From a virus (taxonomy: Duplodnaviria > Caudoviricetes), in IMG/VR virus record IMGVR_UViG_3300017719_000004, positions 18,644 to 82,643 of that record: a DNA stretch of 64,000 nucleotides. The stretch is one strand, 5' to 3'. Positions 37,001 through 46,061 of the stretch are shown here, in pieces. Each line of letters opens with the position of its first letter. The stretch's first letter is position 1. Made by a program: the position numbers and the translations under genes. The notes under the pieces were generated by a model that worked only from the letters and a program-made list of their open reading frames with translations, did not search any database and was not told the origin of the DNA.

Positions 37001-37800
37001 CTGCTGGAAAGAATACCAGCATATTGCATTGCACTGGCACCAATCGCAATATTGCGACGGTTAAGGACAGTTTGTCCAATACCAGCACCAGCAAAGTCAC
37101 CAATAAAGATTGAAGAGTCAGCACTGCTAAGACCTACAGCAGCATCACGACCAACTCTAATAATATCATTGGAGAATGTAATATTACTGAAGGATGATAC
37201 CCCAGTAATTTCTACATTATTTGCAGTAAGTGCATGTCCTACATTTACTTCGTAGTAGTCAGCACTTGTACCACTAAGAGTGGTTACAACACCCGCAACT
37301 GCACGGAAATCAGTTACACCTAGGGTAGAGAATCCAGCAGCACCAACATCTAATGTGGCAGCAGTTGCAATACCAGATACATTCCAGTTTCTAGCATTAG
37401 CCTCATCATAAACGAGGTCTCCTGTTACATTAAGGTTTCCGCCAACACTAAAGTTGCCAGCAACTGTACCAACACCAGAAGTATAAAAGTCATCTACGAC
37501 TGTCCAACTAGCTACTCTTCCAGAAGAGTCTAGGATAACAACTTTTGAAGCTTCGGGTGTACCGAAAGATGCTGGGTTTTCTGGGAATAGGCTGGTGTAA
37601 TATTCACCACCAATCGGAATAGGAGCTGCAGTTGGACCTGAAGGGTTGCCAATATATAATTTCTTGTATGACTTACCAGCACCTACATTACTGGTATCGT
37701 ATGCGTATACTAGTTCACCGAACGATACGCCAGTACCAACGGGAGCAATGTTTGGTGGGGAAGTCCCAAGTGTCCTTTTTAAGAGAATCGTTGCGGACAT
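31018..37800 (-). CDS. 2260-aa fibre protein with 30-aa repeats, beta-helix-like and LamG/ConA-like domains
   Basis: 30-aa repeats (AKITAG..TSLVGTYATITT.D); WYVSTNG..D...PYRTIAYAL; DFTIEFW...WKHYAL.R...LFVDG...GWIDDFRI. Confidence 0.8.
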   Translation of the reverse strand: MSATILLKRTLGTSPPNIAPVGTGVSFGELVYAYDTSNVGAGKSYKKLYIGNPSGPTAAPIPIGGEYYTSLFPENPASFGTPEASKVVILDSSGRVASWTVVDDFYTSGVGTVAGNFSVGGNLNVTGDLVYDEANARNWNVSGIATAATLDVGAAGFSTLGVTDFRAVAGVVTTLSGTSADYYEVNVGHALTANNVEITGVSSFSNITFSNDIIRVGRDAAVGLSSADSSIFIGDFAGAGIGQTVLNRRNIAIGASAMQYAGILSSSDELESNIVMGNFAGYRLQGTKNLMIGDKVGFALSSSGNDENIALGNQSMYGETFPVVDGVSLSVNVGDQTAVANYDQTEDVTETSGSGVGLLVRLQTGNTGLITNIEIMAPGDGYEVGDTFTMPFGFQTLTGSVTSRNGRFLSGGTGTRQQQRNIAIGPYTLFSVDGSKNIAIGYSAGNDTLGSGNVIIGYERNVAIGDSDNQLVIGNQNINWIDGNQLGYVGIGTTRPFGLLDVGGVVIVDKGTGNTVIAGVTSVPQIDANDIGVEDIKVTAGLATDFAITNAKIQSGIITDTVGTAATITRVDFVDADIEAAKITAGVVTSMVGTYATITTFDTEIADLRDIKVTTGLVTSLVGTYATITTFDSNEGDINTLKTVAGVVTSIVGYGLTYTVGDFANLDALDAKITTGIITSLTGTYVTFQDANFQDDVRVGGALTVVGDLTVNGTTSFVQSTVVQITDKNIELGFSSTGGHADATADNGGIILKGTTDKEFIYDQAREGWESNLKFIPSADDTLDLGTTDREWKDIYVDGTAHLDAADILDAKITAGIITSQVGTYATITTVDIETLDAKDVNITGLAVTDIVGTAATITTIDATEGDIVNAKITAGIITSLVGTAATIGDVEVTGDLRVGGATTFTGNVTFNGGTIGLGDSTTDNIIFTGEVDSDIVPDDDDTFDLGSATKEWRDIYIDGVARVDDLIVDSTVGTYATITTVDIDVLDARQTNITGLAVTDIVGTAATITTIDATEGDIVNAKITAGIVTSLVGTYATITTVDIETLDARQTNITGLAVTDIVGTAATITTVDFEVADILNATVSVGIATSAFVQAGFITSLYDSTGVVGLNTQHMLSTNPDGTITWREPAQIGIATINAKLDTWYVSTNGVDDGDASRGRTEERPYRTIAYALSQISNIGTNDILLIAAGVYEEVFPLTVPAGLTVKGAGLRATKICPTVATKQKDCFLMNDRSVVEDVTIGDMFFDTAGNQGYAFKFAPGIAITSRSPYVQRVTVFNKGSNTSTADPYGYNSADSAPSSYKAGGGAYIDGSEAAVGSLEAAFLFNEVTFIVPNSKGLIMTNGARSEYLNCFSYFAAEGIKGISGSVGLSSAGETRLRLTGITTVGVGNTITVFDTDGTTGIATAIVADYDGTYLNVTGKQTGFEILGARTAKAITFNDGAQLDTTVKKFGTASLALDGTNDSISAPSSGDLGFGTNTDFTIEFWAYSNTTGLTSATLFDLRDNGTDAEGISLAYRAAGEVDMRVGTTTAITGSGAGIATGVWKHYALARDGTDTRLFVDGTQRGIKTSDTTNYGASKGIVIGADFDGASQNVTGWIDDFRIERGVAKYTANFTAPTAAHTGDKDTVLLLDFDGASGVTTTTDNVIRNQDIRITQAGGGIGTATKVILADYSQFGADMRSVGCAIEYGQKGVIADGDGVSLRLFALNFNHVGAGGDFSNDPNLAIQANEVTEINNGDVSFVSIDQRGDFRVGDAFFVDQENGTVSFSQQVTSLQALSSLQITDGTNSSTVTPTSGTFGNIQIAGNNIESTSGDINIDPAGAGSINITGDVNVLGILTATTIQLDSFQKNDTSIALDDSGANGTIRFNTDNVEGMRLDANQKLGIGTAAPRQRLDVLDTAKFERLDVTGVSTFAERVDFNLSIDAVDAKITAGVVTSLVGTYATITTVDIETLDAKDVNITGLAVTDTVGTAATITTIDTEALDAFDAKLTGIAVTNAVFTGIVSFKDDVKAHFGDNDDLSIYHDGDNSYIDDSGTGTLAIRSNQVELQKYTGETLANFTADGAVTLYYNNGIKIETLAIGASIRGVTQTGTIDVATNANIHSTLTVDQGTILTGIVTSSAGIEAININVSGILTTNNFRVTGVTTISDVTIGAGSSSTKINTNTGELVLDSAAGQVTVQDNLSIIGYGTFRDGLYYRSDQGGLTGIGYSGPNGVAFFEADGRLVSGLSTVGFLTTSNYMLTTDENNIPIWSNSVDGGTF
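34590..36160 (-). repeat. 30/60-aa coding repeats within the fibre (further copy at ~31830-32030)
   Basis: Identical 26-mer ccagtaatatttgtctgtcttgcatc at 34634 and 34814 (180-nt offset); repeated ITTVDIETLDA..NITGLAVTDIVGTAATITT. Confidence 0.9.
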
Positions 37801-38012
37801 TAGAAGACACCTCCGTCAATGATGGCAGCAGGGAAATTTTTTGTTGTTATAAACGAGTTGGAAGAAGATTCGTAAACTAGAATGCTTCCATCCTGTAGAT
37901 TTGATGCATCAACATCGGCAAGTAAAGTTAATCTTCCGCCAGAGCCGCCGCCGAGGGCACCGCTGGCAATAACTTTTACTTGATTCGATGTGCCGATTCG
38001 TAATGATGGCAT
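37800..38012 (-). CDS. small virion structural protein
   Basis: 70 aa; L..LADVD...DGSILVY; C-terminal IDGGVF. Confidence 0.75.
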   Translation of the reverse strand: MPSLRIGTSNQVKVIASGALGGGSGGRLTLLADVDASNLQDGSILVYESSSNSFITTKNFPAAIIDGGVF

Positions 38013-38350
38013 TACCTTGTTACTCCTGCTCTGACTAGGACCATTCCTTCGACGACCTTATATTTAAATCCGCCAGAGTCTTCAAGTGTCACATCATAAA
38101 CATATCGCCCTGGTTTAATGTCAACTGTTTCTGTTGAACCCAGTGAAATTTGGATTTGACCAACTTCGGGGTCAGTAACAGTAGACGCAAAAGATACAGC
38201 AGTAGAACTACCAGCCCACTTCCTCATTTGAGAAGTCGCTGTATAGTTCGTTAGGTTCAAATAAGTGCCTGTGTCGTTATCTCCTAGACTGAAACCGTGT
38301 TGAAAATCAACTCCAGAATCAACTTGAAGGTTAGCAATGTAAACTGCCAT
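38012..38350 (-). CDS. virion structural protein (BppU-like Ig fold)
   Basis: LNLTNYTATSQMRK...KPGRYVYDV...VVEG; late promoter CTAAATA at 38379-38385. Confidence 0.75.
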   Translation of the reverse strand: MAVYIANLQVDSGVDFQHGFSLGDNDTGTYLNLTNYTATSQMRKWAGSSTAVSFASTVTDPEVGQIQISLGSTETVDIKPGRYVYDVTLEDSGGFKYKVVEGMVLVRAGVTR

Positions 38351-38373
38351 TCTTTACATCACGGATTATCCTA

Positions 38374-38538
38374 TTAGGTATTTAGTTTCCTTAATTCCTG
38401 TAATACCTGATTGAGCGTGAATTTAATTTCTGCAACATCAGCTTTTAGCATATCAATGTCTGAGTGATGCATATCTTGAGTATCATGAGTCTCAAATCCA
38501 TGATACTTTAAAAATTCAGTGTGGGGATTTCTACTCAT
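38374..38538 (-). CDS. 54-aa coiled-coil protein (not in ORF track)
   Basis: MSRNPHTEFLKYHGFETHDTQDMHHSDIDMLKADVAEIKFTLNQVLQELRKLNT; ATGA overlap. Confidence 0.7.
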   Translation of the reverse strand: MSRNPHTEFLKYHGFETHDTQDMHHSDIDMLKADVAEIKFTLNQVLQELRKLNT

Positions 38539-38738
38539 AACTTATCAACAATTTTAGACAACATATTTTTAATATCATCAATATCTTTTTTCATTGAGTC
38601 GAGCTCTTCTCTCTCATTTTTCTTTGCAGACTTTTCTCTTAAGTATGAATGATACCCAGAGTCATCGCCATTGACGATGGCTCCAGTATCAGAATCTCTC
38701 CAAAGATTAGAATGTCCTTCTACAGGAATCAAACTCAT
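38535..38738 (-). CDS. 67-aa conserved protein with C-terminal coiled coil
   Basis: VEGHSNLWRD..TGAIVN...LDSMKKDIDDIKNML. Confidence 0.8.
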   Translation of the reverse strand: MSLIPVEGHSNLWRDSDTGAIVNGDDSGYHSYLREKSAKKNEREELDSMKKDIDDIKNMLSKIVDKL

Positions 38739-41700
38739 GCTACCGCGATTGCTCTCAAATTCTTAATTACCGGATGTTTTGCTTGATTAGTTCCAGTGAA
38801 TACAATTTTGATTTGTAATCCATTGAAACTTGGCAAATCATCTACAGAGTATGTATACTCTCTGTATTGAGTATCATCAGCACTCACAAAGGAATCCGAC
38901 ATACCATCATTTTGGGTTGGGTCAATTACTTGATCACCAATACCATCTCCATCAGTATCAAGAAGATTTCTAAATCCGGGGAATAATTCAAAATCAGGTG
39001 TTACTTCACTAGAGTCTGTTTTCATAATACTGTAGAGAACTCTAAACTCACATTCAATTGGTCTGCGAGCTTCAAATATAACTTTAATTGAAGTTGCGGG
39101 ATTCTTAGTATAGATCGGTTGGGACATATAATAAGAAGCATGTGGATCATTAAATCTAGACTTAACTCTAGGATCCGTTCTATAATCAGAAATAGGATTA
39201 TTCAATCTGTTTTCATAGAAGAGTGCATTTGCCCCTTCAAGATTTACAGTAGGTGAGTTAAAGCTATCTCCACTGTTTGCGAGTTCAACAGTAAACGAGA
39301 AAGATTTATTTCTAGGTAAAGAACCAAGTCTAGCAGACTCATTGGTTCTAGAAGCAAGAATTCTCGTAGTCTCAAGAGTGTTGATTCTATTGAGGTTAAG
39401 ATCTTCAAATCCATTATCGATGAATGAGGTCTCTGATCCATCAGGAGATGTACCTGTAACGCTTCTCATCTGCAGTGAGATGAAATCGGTAGGTCCAAAT
39501 GTTGCAGCGTCGAGGAGGGGTCTTACAGCGTCAAATTGGATATTTTTAGATGCGTATACATTTTGACCACCACCAGCAGCTTCTTCTTTGAAAGAAACCT
39601 GAGGAATATTATTTGATGTATCATCAACTGATCTACTTGATCCTCTATCAATTTTCAAGTAGTAATCATCAATACCTCTAAGAACACTGGAGACATCATG
39701 TTCAGCATTAACCCTTCTCAAAGAAATGCCGTTGTATTCATACTTTTGAATACTGTCATTTTTAAGATGATTCAATGCATTAGTTGAATCTACACCTCTT
39801 ACAACACCACCCAAACTAGAAATACCTACACTTGTGTAAGAAAGGATCTCACTATTAATAAATGCGTATCCAGTATTTGCTGCACTGACTACCGCACCCT
39901 CAAAGGTGTTGAATTGTGATGTTGATGCTACAGAAATAGCGGTTTCATTCGATAATATATCTACGGTTATTTCCGTAGGTACAACATCAGATTCTACATC
40001 AGAAAGAATGACCTTATTCAAAGAACTGTGCATACCATGATTACGATGAGATACTTTGAAGTACTCCCCAGTGTAAACACTTCCGGTCGCATCAAAACTT
40101 ACAATATCTAAACCGGTTGCAATTACACTACCAGCTGCGTGATTGTATGTAACTTCATTGCCTGCTGCAACATCAAAAGTTTGTGCTTGAACATCTGTCA
40201 AATATAGAGTGTCGATACCTCCAAGAGAGTTGATACCAATACGAACACCAGAACCAGATCCTCCAACATCTGCAGTAACAAGACCAACTACATCACCAAC
40301 TTTGTATCCTCTACCGGAAGATGCAATAGAAACTGCAGTAATAGCCGAGATGCCAGCTCCGACAGTTGCGTTTAATGTGAGTCCATCACCATCACCATTG
40401 ATGTTATATGTTGTTATGGGGTTAGATGGAGTACCATAGTTGCTACCGCCAGTAAGAATTCCGACAGTTCCTAAGACTGGACCACCTTTAGTTTCAATGT
40501 ATCCATGACGGAATGTAGATGTTTGCTCACTAACTTTTCTACCAGGAGTAAATACCGTACCAATTAATCCAGAATCAGATGTTGTAACAATGCCAAGCTT
40601 TCCTTTTTTAGGAACACCTACAATTGGATCAAATGCTAGTGGAGGAAGAAGACCATTATTGGGTTCGATCGGTGGGTTGAAGAATGTCAACAGACCTTGT
40701 TCGGCAGTATAATCTGCTCTATACAAAGTAAATGTAAGGTCTTCAAATTGCGTAGGTGTCCAAGTAGCACCGTTTTGTGACTTGAACAGAGAACCCATTG
40801 CGAATTGCTGGGAGTAAATCTTACCCTTAGCAGCTGGAAGAGCTTGAGCATTCAAAGCTTTTTGACCCATTTCGCCACAATATACCTCATACTCATCACT
40901 ATCTGACAAGATAACGATGGCATAAGATTCTTCTGGATCTAAGTAGAAAGGAGTGTCAAATTTAATGTTAGTTGCAACCGATCCATCGGCCGATGTTGTA
41001 ATATCCGAAGGGCGAATAGTTGCTTGAGCAGCTCTATCAATAACGAATAGAGTTGGAGTACCCAGTTCAACTGTTCTAACTTCAATCCTTACTGGAGTTG
41101 TTCCTTGATTCTTAGATGCAAAGAATAGATCAAGCGAGGTAATCCAAGCTCCTTCTGGTCCAGTCACAATTGTTTGTGCCAGAGGGTCTCTTCTTCTTAC
41201 ACGAACTCTACGAATTCTATTAATAACTCTAGTTCGGTTTCTAATAATTGTTCTAGTTCTATCAATAACTCTAGTATTATTGATGATTACTGGCGGTGGT
41301 GGTGGAGGAGGATTTGGAATTGTTCCTCTAATATCAATCGTAGAAAGATTGGTAATAGTTGTGGTTTCAAGAGTGGTGATTCTAATATCAGTTTGAACTA
41401 CTCTCGTTGTACCAGTCGCAGTATAGCGACCTGTCGCATGAGAGATTAAAGTAGATCCTGGTAATGGATTTGCATTAGTTTGACTAGAAGTTAATCTAAA
41501 GTCTCTATTACCCGATCTAACCCTAACCTGTGGTGTAGGTGTCTGATTGGGGTCTCTCAAGAAGATAGAACCAATAAGATCACCAAAGTCATCAGATACT
41601 AGTCTTACACCTGCTACAGTCGCTTGAGCACCGCTTGTAAGACCCCTCATTACCATTCCGGTAGGAGCAAATCCAAAGAAGGCACCTTGTGCCTGAGCAG

Positions 41701-44700
41701 CTAATGAAGTGGTGTCAATGTTTAAGACAGTTGACGCTTGAGAGTACCCATTTGGAAGAGTAGCTGCAGGACTGTATGGGTTAACTGTGAATGTTTCTGT
41801 AGGAGCATTGAATGGTCCTTTCTTATGGTTTGGAGCAGCTAATCTGAATTCAAAAACAGTAGCACCAATTGTTCCACGAATTGTTTCTCCAATTTGGAAG
41901 GAACCAGAAACACTACTGACTTCCAATAACTTAGGAATGATATCAACCCCACCCTGATTATCAAAGAAGGGATAGAAATTAGTAAATGGTTTTAAACCAA
42001 TAGCAGTGAATTCGATATTTCTAGAACGACAGAAAGGATCGAAAGTTTCTTCTGCAATAAAGGTGTTTTCAGACCTAATGTCATCTCTCTGTACAGTTCT
42101 ACCAGTTTCTCTAGTAGATACAGAAGCAGAACCACCAAGAGCACCACCTCTAGTCAAACTAAAGTTTGCAGCAACTTGATTATTGAATACTGTAATACCA
42201 ATAGTATTACGAATAACATTCTGAGTCTCTCTGGTATTAATCCAGTTATCTAATGAAGGATTAAGCTTTAGTTCACCTGTAAATGCAACAACATGGAATG
42301 GATTAATATTATTGACTTTGGTTGCAAATTCTTGCTTAATGTATTCCTTTTCTTGATACTTGAGTGATAACAGATTACCCGTCTTTTGGGTATTTCCATC
42401 ATCTAACAATAAGAAATTAGAGCTAAAGTCGATCTGGGATACTGGAATATCATCTTTAGGTGCAACCTGAAGTGCCGAAGAATCAAATTCTCTAAGTGGT
42501 CTTAGTTCGCCAAGATCTCTATCAATCTCACATGGTGAGCTTGGGTGCATGAAATCAAAAGTCTTAAAGTTATCAACAAAGAATCCAGATTTGAATCTTG
42601 TAAGACCTTGGGCATCTCTAATTTGTAAAGACTCTGCACTCTTCTCTAATAAATTAAGACTAGTGACAACTTCTAGATTTTCTACTCTGTCGGCAAGATC
42701 ACCGATATCTCTCATCGTATAACGACGATTATCTTTTAGATAAATTCTTGCTTCCTGAGTATCTCTAAGATATGCTGGAAGAAGGACTGTCCCAACTTCC
42801 ATCCCTTTACCAGATACTACTGGGGGAATTGGTTGTCTAGCCGGTTTGCCTTTGATAAGATCAAAGTTTCCATCTTGAAGTAATACTAACTTATCAATTC
42901 TAGGAAGATAGAAGTCATAGTCAAAAGTCATTGACTCGTTAGGAGTCAAAATTCTATCTGGCTTTCCTACAAAATCTCTAGATGTATAGAAGAATGGAGA
43001 TTCTGATGCTGAAGCCGGATTATATGATGCAACTCTAGGTCTAAAATCTAGAACATCATGTGCTTCAATTCGAGAAGGTCCAATTTGGGGAATATCTTTT
43101 TTATATCTTTCTTCATCATAACTATTAACTGTGAATACATCTCCAGTGTCTCCACTAGGAACATCATATCTGTTGTAGATAATGTTAAGTTGTCTGTGAG
43201 GAATATATGCTCCTCTATTTCTTACGACTCTAGAATAATCGTAATATTGATTTCTTTGTCCCTTGTCTAGTAAGTAGCTAGAAGTAACATCTCTATATTT
43301 GCCAGGAGAAATCCCTTGCAGTACAGCTGTAGTGTTAGACTCTTCAAAACTTAAAGGTTCTAATGTTGCAAACCTATCTTTAGTTAGATATACAACACTG
43401 ATTTGATTATTGCCACCATCAATAGAAATTACCTTCGCAATTGCATTAGTTGAAGTGCCAAAAATATTTTCGCCAATAATAGCACTAGTAAATACATCAT
43501 CTGTAGATGTGAAATTTAACTTGTCTAAAATAGGAGCAGATGTATCCAGTGATTCATAGATAGCTATGATATCGGTAGCATCTGGTTCATTGAGAGAGAT
43601 ATCTCTATCTTGAACTCTCAGTCCATAAAGCTCACTATGATTGAGTCCATCATTAACACTCGTATTTGGGTCACTTCCAGATCTTCTATTGGTTGATCTA
43701 GTTACAGCTACTTGCTGACATCGTTTGAATTCTTTTACTTTATTTTTAATATTTGACTTAATGACCGTGGCATTAACAGTCATTCCACTTTGTGAAGCAT
43801 TTAATCCAGTAATAGTTACCTGAGTTGAAGTAACTGTTACTTGATCCTCCTCAATCACAGCAATAGTTCCATTGGAATATTGAACTTGATATCTTTCCTC
43901 ATCAAAAGCGGCAAATGATGTGTCGTCAAGATCAACCGAAGAAATAGGAAGAACTAATTGACCAAGGGAATTTGTAGACTCATTCTGAACCTGTGCAGAA
44001 AGCAGCAATGATGATCCAGTAAAATCAACACTAGCAACATTGAGATCTGGTAGAACAGTAATTAAAGATGCATTTTCATTGCTATTATCTTGAAATCCAA
44101 GTGAAATTTCACCAACATACCCATTAACACCACCATCAAACAAATTTGCAACTGTTGTCATAGCTCCAACAGTCATTGACTGAAGATCTGAAGCAATCGA
44201 AGTTACAACATTTTGAAACTGAGTCTGTGTGCCGTTCTTAGTGTCGGTATACCTAATAATATCACCGGGTTTGAATCTTTGGAAACTATCGATTCTAGGA
44301 GCAGTTACTGTTGCCCCAGCACCAGATATTGCAATGGTTACCTGACCAGCTCCCAATCTAGGAGGAATTCTATCGTTGAGCTTCTTGTTAGCTGTAAAAC
44401 TATTACCACTCTGAGCAAACGAGAAAACATCGTTAATACCATAACTAGTGATTGACTCAATAGTTCTAGGAAGGTCTTCAGAACCATTAATTAAGATTGG
44501 TTCGCCTACTCTAAAAGAACCAGATGTTTGGGTAACTTGGATTGAACTAGAACCAGCACCTGCAGCAACTGCAAATGCATTAGCCCCACTTTCTTTACCA
44601 ACAATAAATGCCGATTTAATTAGTTCTGTGGCGCTTACATTATCACTGAGTTTTAAGTTCGTATATGTTTGAACATCGTACAAATACAGATCAAATTCTG

Positions 44701-46057
44701 TAGATGCGTCTTCATACTTCTGATCTCTTAATCCAAAATTGTATACCTTAGCATCACCAATTTTATTAGAAGTTCCTGCTACAAGTCTTGTGGAACTCTC
44801 AAATGGACCACTAAACAGATCAATTCTGTTGGTAAAAGTTGTAATACCAGTTGTATTATTTACAACAAACTTATTTCCCATCTCAAATGGGAATGATTTG
44901 CCTTTTACTTCTTCAGTTTCTCTAGGCTTGAAGAAATCAAGTACTGTAGGACCATCAGTTGATACATCATATCCGTTAACATATGCCTTACCAGCACTGA
45001 TTTTTAAACACGCAAGATCTTCATCTGGTGTGTTGCCATCAAAAGTAGATTGGTTTGAAAAATAGACTCCATCATTACCCTGTCTATCGTTAAGACATTC
45101 GGTAACATCTAACAGGAACTTATTGACAGTATAGTTACCAGACTCATCAAAAGTTCTTCCTGCGAGATAATCTCTAATTTTTGAATATTCTGTCTCTTTT
45201 TTAATGACTAATACTTCGCCATTACTGACACGAACAACCTCTACAAAATCAGTGTCATTAAAATCTGTAATATTTTTCTTAGTAAGAACTAGAGTAATTC
45301 TTAATCTATCGGCACCAGGTGCAGCAAAGTTAGAAAATCCCTTGGCATTATCATAAAGAGACTCGTCTCCTTTTGCAGATACTGGCGTTTCAATTACACT
45401 AAGACCAACTCTGAAAGTGGGTTGAGAGTTGTACTGATCTAAAATAATAGTCTGTTTTTGTACTCTTACAAAATTACCTCTAACAAAGATAATTCCTTCA
45501 TCAATAGAAACAGAAGATCCAATAGTGCAGGAATTTAGATCAATCGTAGATCCAAAAGTACCACCAACATTAATTGTAGTGTTACCATATGTAAAAGAAT
45601 CTTCTGTGACTAAAATCTCAGCGTCATTGAAGAAATTAAAATCTCCCGTAAGTGAAGAGTTAATATATTTTACAAAGAATGTATCATAGTCATTATCAGA
45701 CTCGGAAGCACTAATGAAATTAATTACTTTTGCAGTAACACCAGTGGTTTGACCCCTAATAGTCTTACCAATAATCTTACTAGCATATACTCCAATATCA
45801 ACACCGAGGTGAGTTGGATTTACTTGGACAGCATAGTACTGCCCATCAAATGTCACAGACCCAGGAACGACAGTTGATCCTTCCTTGAAGATATGACTAC
45901 CAAATTTTTCTACTTGATTTTGTAGAATAGATTGTAAGGTAGTGAGCTCTCTAGCTTGTACAGGGAATCCTGGCTTAAACAGGACACGATGATAACCCTT
46001 TTCAGGATCAAAATCATCATAATATGGACTTACATTGAGATTAGTCTGTGTTGGCAT
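38735..46057 (-). CDS. VrlC / DUF4815-like large baseplate-associated structural protein
   Basis: NLNVSPYYDDFD, QARELTTLQSILQNQ, APGADR, RFKSGFFVDNF, DPLAQT. Confidence 0.88.
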   Translation of the reverse strand: MPTQTNLNVSPYYDDFDPEKGYHRVLFKPGFPVQARELTTLQSILQNQVEKFGSHIFKEGSTVVPGSVTFDGQYYAVQVNPTHLGVDIGVYASKIIGKTIRGQTTGVTAKVINFISASESDNDYDTFFVKYINSSLTGDFNFFNDAEILVTEDSFTYGNTTINVGGTFGSTIDLNSCTIGSSVSIDEGIIFVRGNFVRVQKQTIILDQYNSQPTFRVGLSVIETPVSAKGDESLYDNAKGFSNFAAPGADRLRITLVLTKKNITDFNDTDFVEVVRVSNGEVLVIKKETEYSKIRDYLAGRTFDESGNYTVNKFLLDVTECLNDRQGNDGVYFSNQSTFDGNTPDEDLACLKISAGKAYVNGYDVSTDGPTVLDFFKPRETEEVKGKSFPFEMGNKFVVNNTTGITTFTNRIDLFSGPFESSTRLVAGTSNKIGDAKVYNFGLRDQKYEDASTEFDLYLYDVQTYTNLKLSDNVSATELIKSAFIVGKESGANAFAVAAGAGSSSIQVTQTSGSFRVGEPILINGSEDLPRTIESITSYGINDVFSFAQSGNSFTANKKLNDRIPPRLGAGQVTIAISGAGATVTAPRIDSFQRFKPGDIIRYTDTKNGTQTQFQNVVTSIASDLQSMTVGAMTTVANLFDGGVNGYVGEISLGFQDNSNENASLITVLPDLNVASVDFTGSSLLLSAQVQNESTNSLGQLVLPISSVDLDDTSFAAFDEERYQVQYSNGTIAVIEEDQVTVTSTQVTITGLNASQSGMTVNATVIKSNIKNKVKEFKRCQQVAVTRSTNRRSGSDPNTSVNDGLNHSELYGLRVQDRDISLNEPDATDIIAIYESLDTSAPILDKLNFTSTDDVFTSAIIGENIFGTSTNAIAKVISIDGGNNQISVVYLTKDRFATLEPLSFEESNTTAVLQGISPGKYRDVTSSYLLDKGQRNQYYDYSRVVRNRGAYIPHRQLNIIYNRYDVPSGDTGDVFTVNSYDEERYKKDIPQIGPSRIEAHDVLDFRPRVASYNPASASESPFFYTSRDFVGKPDRILTPNESMTFDYDFYLPRIDKLVLLQDGNFDLIKGKPARQPIPPVVSGKGMEVGTVLLPAYLRDTQEARIYLKDNRRYTMRDIGDLADRVENLEVVTSLNLLEKSAESLQIRDAQGLTRFKSGFFVDNFKTFDFMHPSSPCEIDRDLGELRPLREFDSSALQVAPKDDIPVSQIDFSSNFLLLDDGNTQKTGNLLSLKYQEKEYIKQEFATKVNNINPFHVVAFTGELKLNPSLDNWINTRETQNVIRNTIGITVFNNQVAANFSLTRGGALGGSASVSTRETGRTVQRDDIRSENTFIAEETFDPFCRSRNIEFTAIGLKPFTNFYPFFDNQGGVDIIPKLLEVSSVSGSFQIGETIRGTIGATVFEFRLAAPNHKKGPFNAPTETFTVNPYSPAATLPNGYSQASTVLNIDTTSLAAQAQGAFFGFAPTGMVMRGLTSGAQATVAGVRLVSDDFGDLIGSIFLRDPNQTPTPQVRVRSGNRDFRLTSSQTNANPLPGSTLISHATGRYTATGTTRVVQTDIRITTLETTTITNLSTIDIRGTIPNPPPPPPPVIINNTRVIDRTRTIIRNRTRVINRIRRVRVRRRDPLAQTIVTGPEGAWITSLDLFFASKNQGTTPVRIEVRTVELGTPTLFVIDRAAQATIRPSDITTSADGSVATNIKFDTPFYLDPEESYAIVILSDSDEYEVYCGEMGQKALNAQALPAAKGKIYSQQFAMGSLFKSQNGATWTPTQFEDLTFTLYRADYTAEQGLLTFFNPPIEPNNGLLPPLAFDPIVGVPKKGKLGIVTTSDSGLIGTVFTPGRKVSEQTSTFRHGYIETKGGPVLGTVGILTGGSNYGTPSNPITTYNINGDGDGLTLNATVGAGISAITAVSIASSGRGYKVGDVVGLVTADVGGSGSGVRIGINSLGGIDTLYLTDVQAQTFDVAAGNEVTYNHAAGSVIATGLDIVSFDATGSVYTGEYFKVSHRNHGMHSSLNKVILSDVESDVVPTEITVDILSNETAISVASTSQFNTFEGAVVSAANTGYAFINSEILSYTSVGISSLGGVVRGVDSTNALNHLKNDSIQKYEYNGISLRRVNAEHDVSSVLRGIDDYYLKIDRGSSRSVDDTSNNIPQVSFKEEAAGGGQNVYASKNIQFDAVRPLLDAATFGPTDFISLQMRSVTGTSPDGSETSFIDNGFEDLNLNRINTLETTRILASRTNESARLGSLPRNKSFSFTVELANSGDSFNSPTVNLEGANALFYENRLNNPISDYRTDPRVKSRFNDPHASYYMSQPIYTKNPATSIKVIFEARRPIECEFRVLYSIMKTDSSEVTPDFELFPGFRNLLDTDGDGIGDQVIDPTQNDGMSDSFVSADDTQYREYTYSVDDLPSFNGLQIKIVFTGTNQAKHPVIKNLRAIAVA

Positions 46058-46061
46058 CTTC

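Noticed and set aside
31729-37255. Many + strand ORFs of 63-163 aa over the fibre gene; repeats read as CRISPR or DGR
   Set aside because: The ORFs are antisense shadows of Thr/Val/Ala/Gly codons. The repeats are in-frame coding repeats with no spacer structure, and no reverse transcriptase is present in the window.
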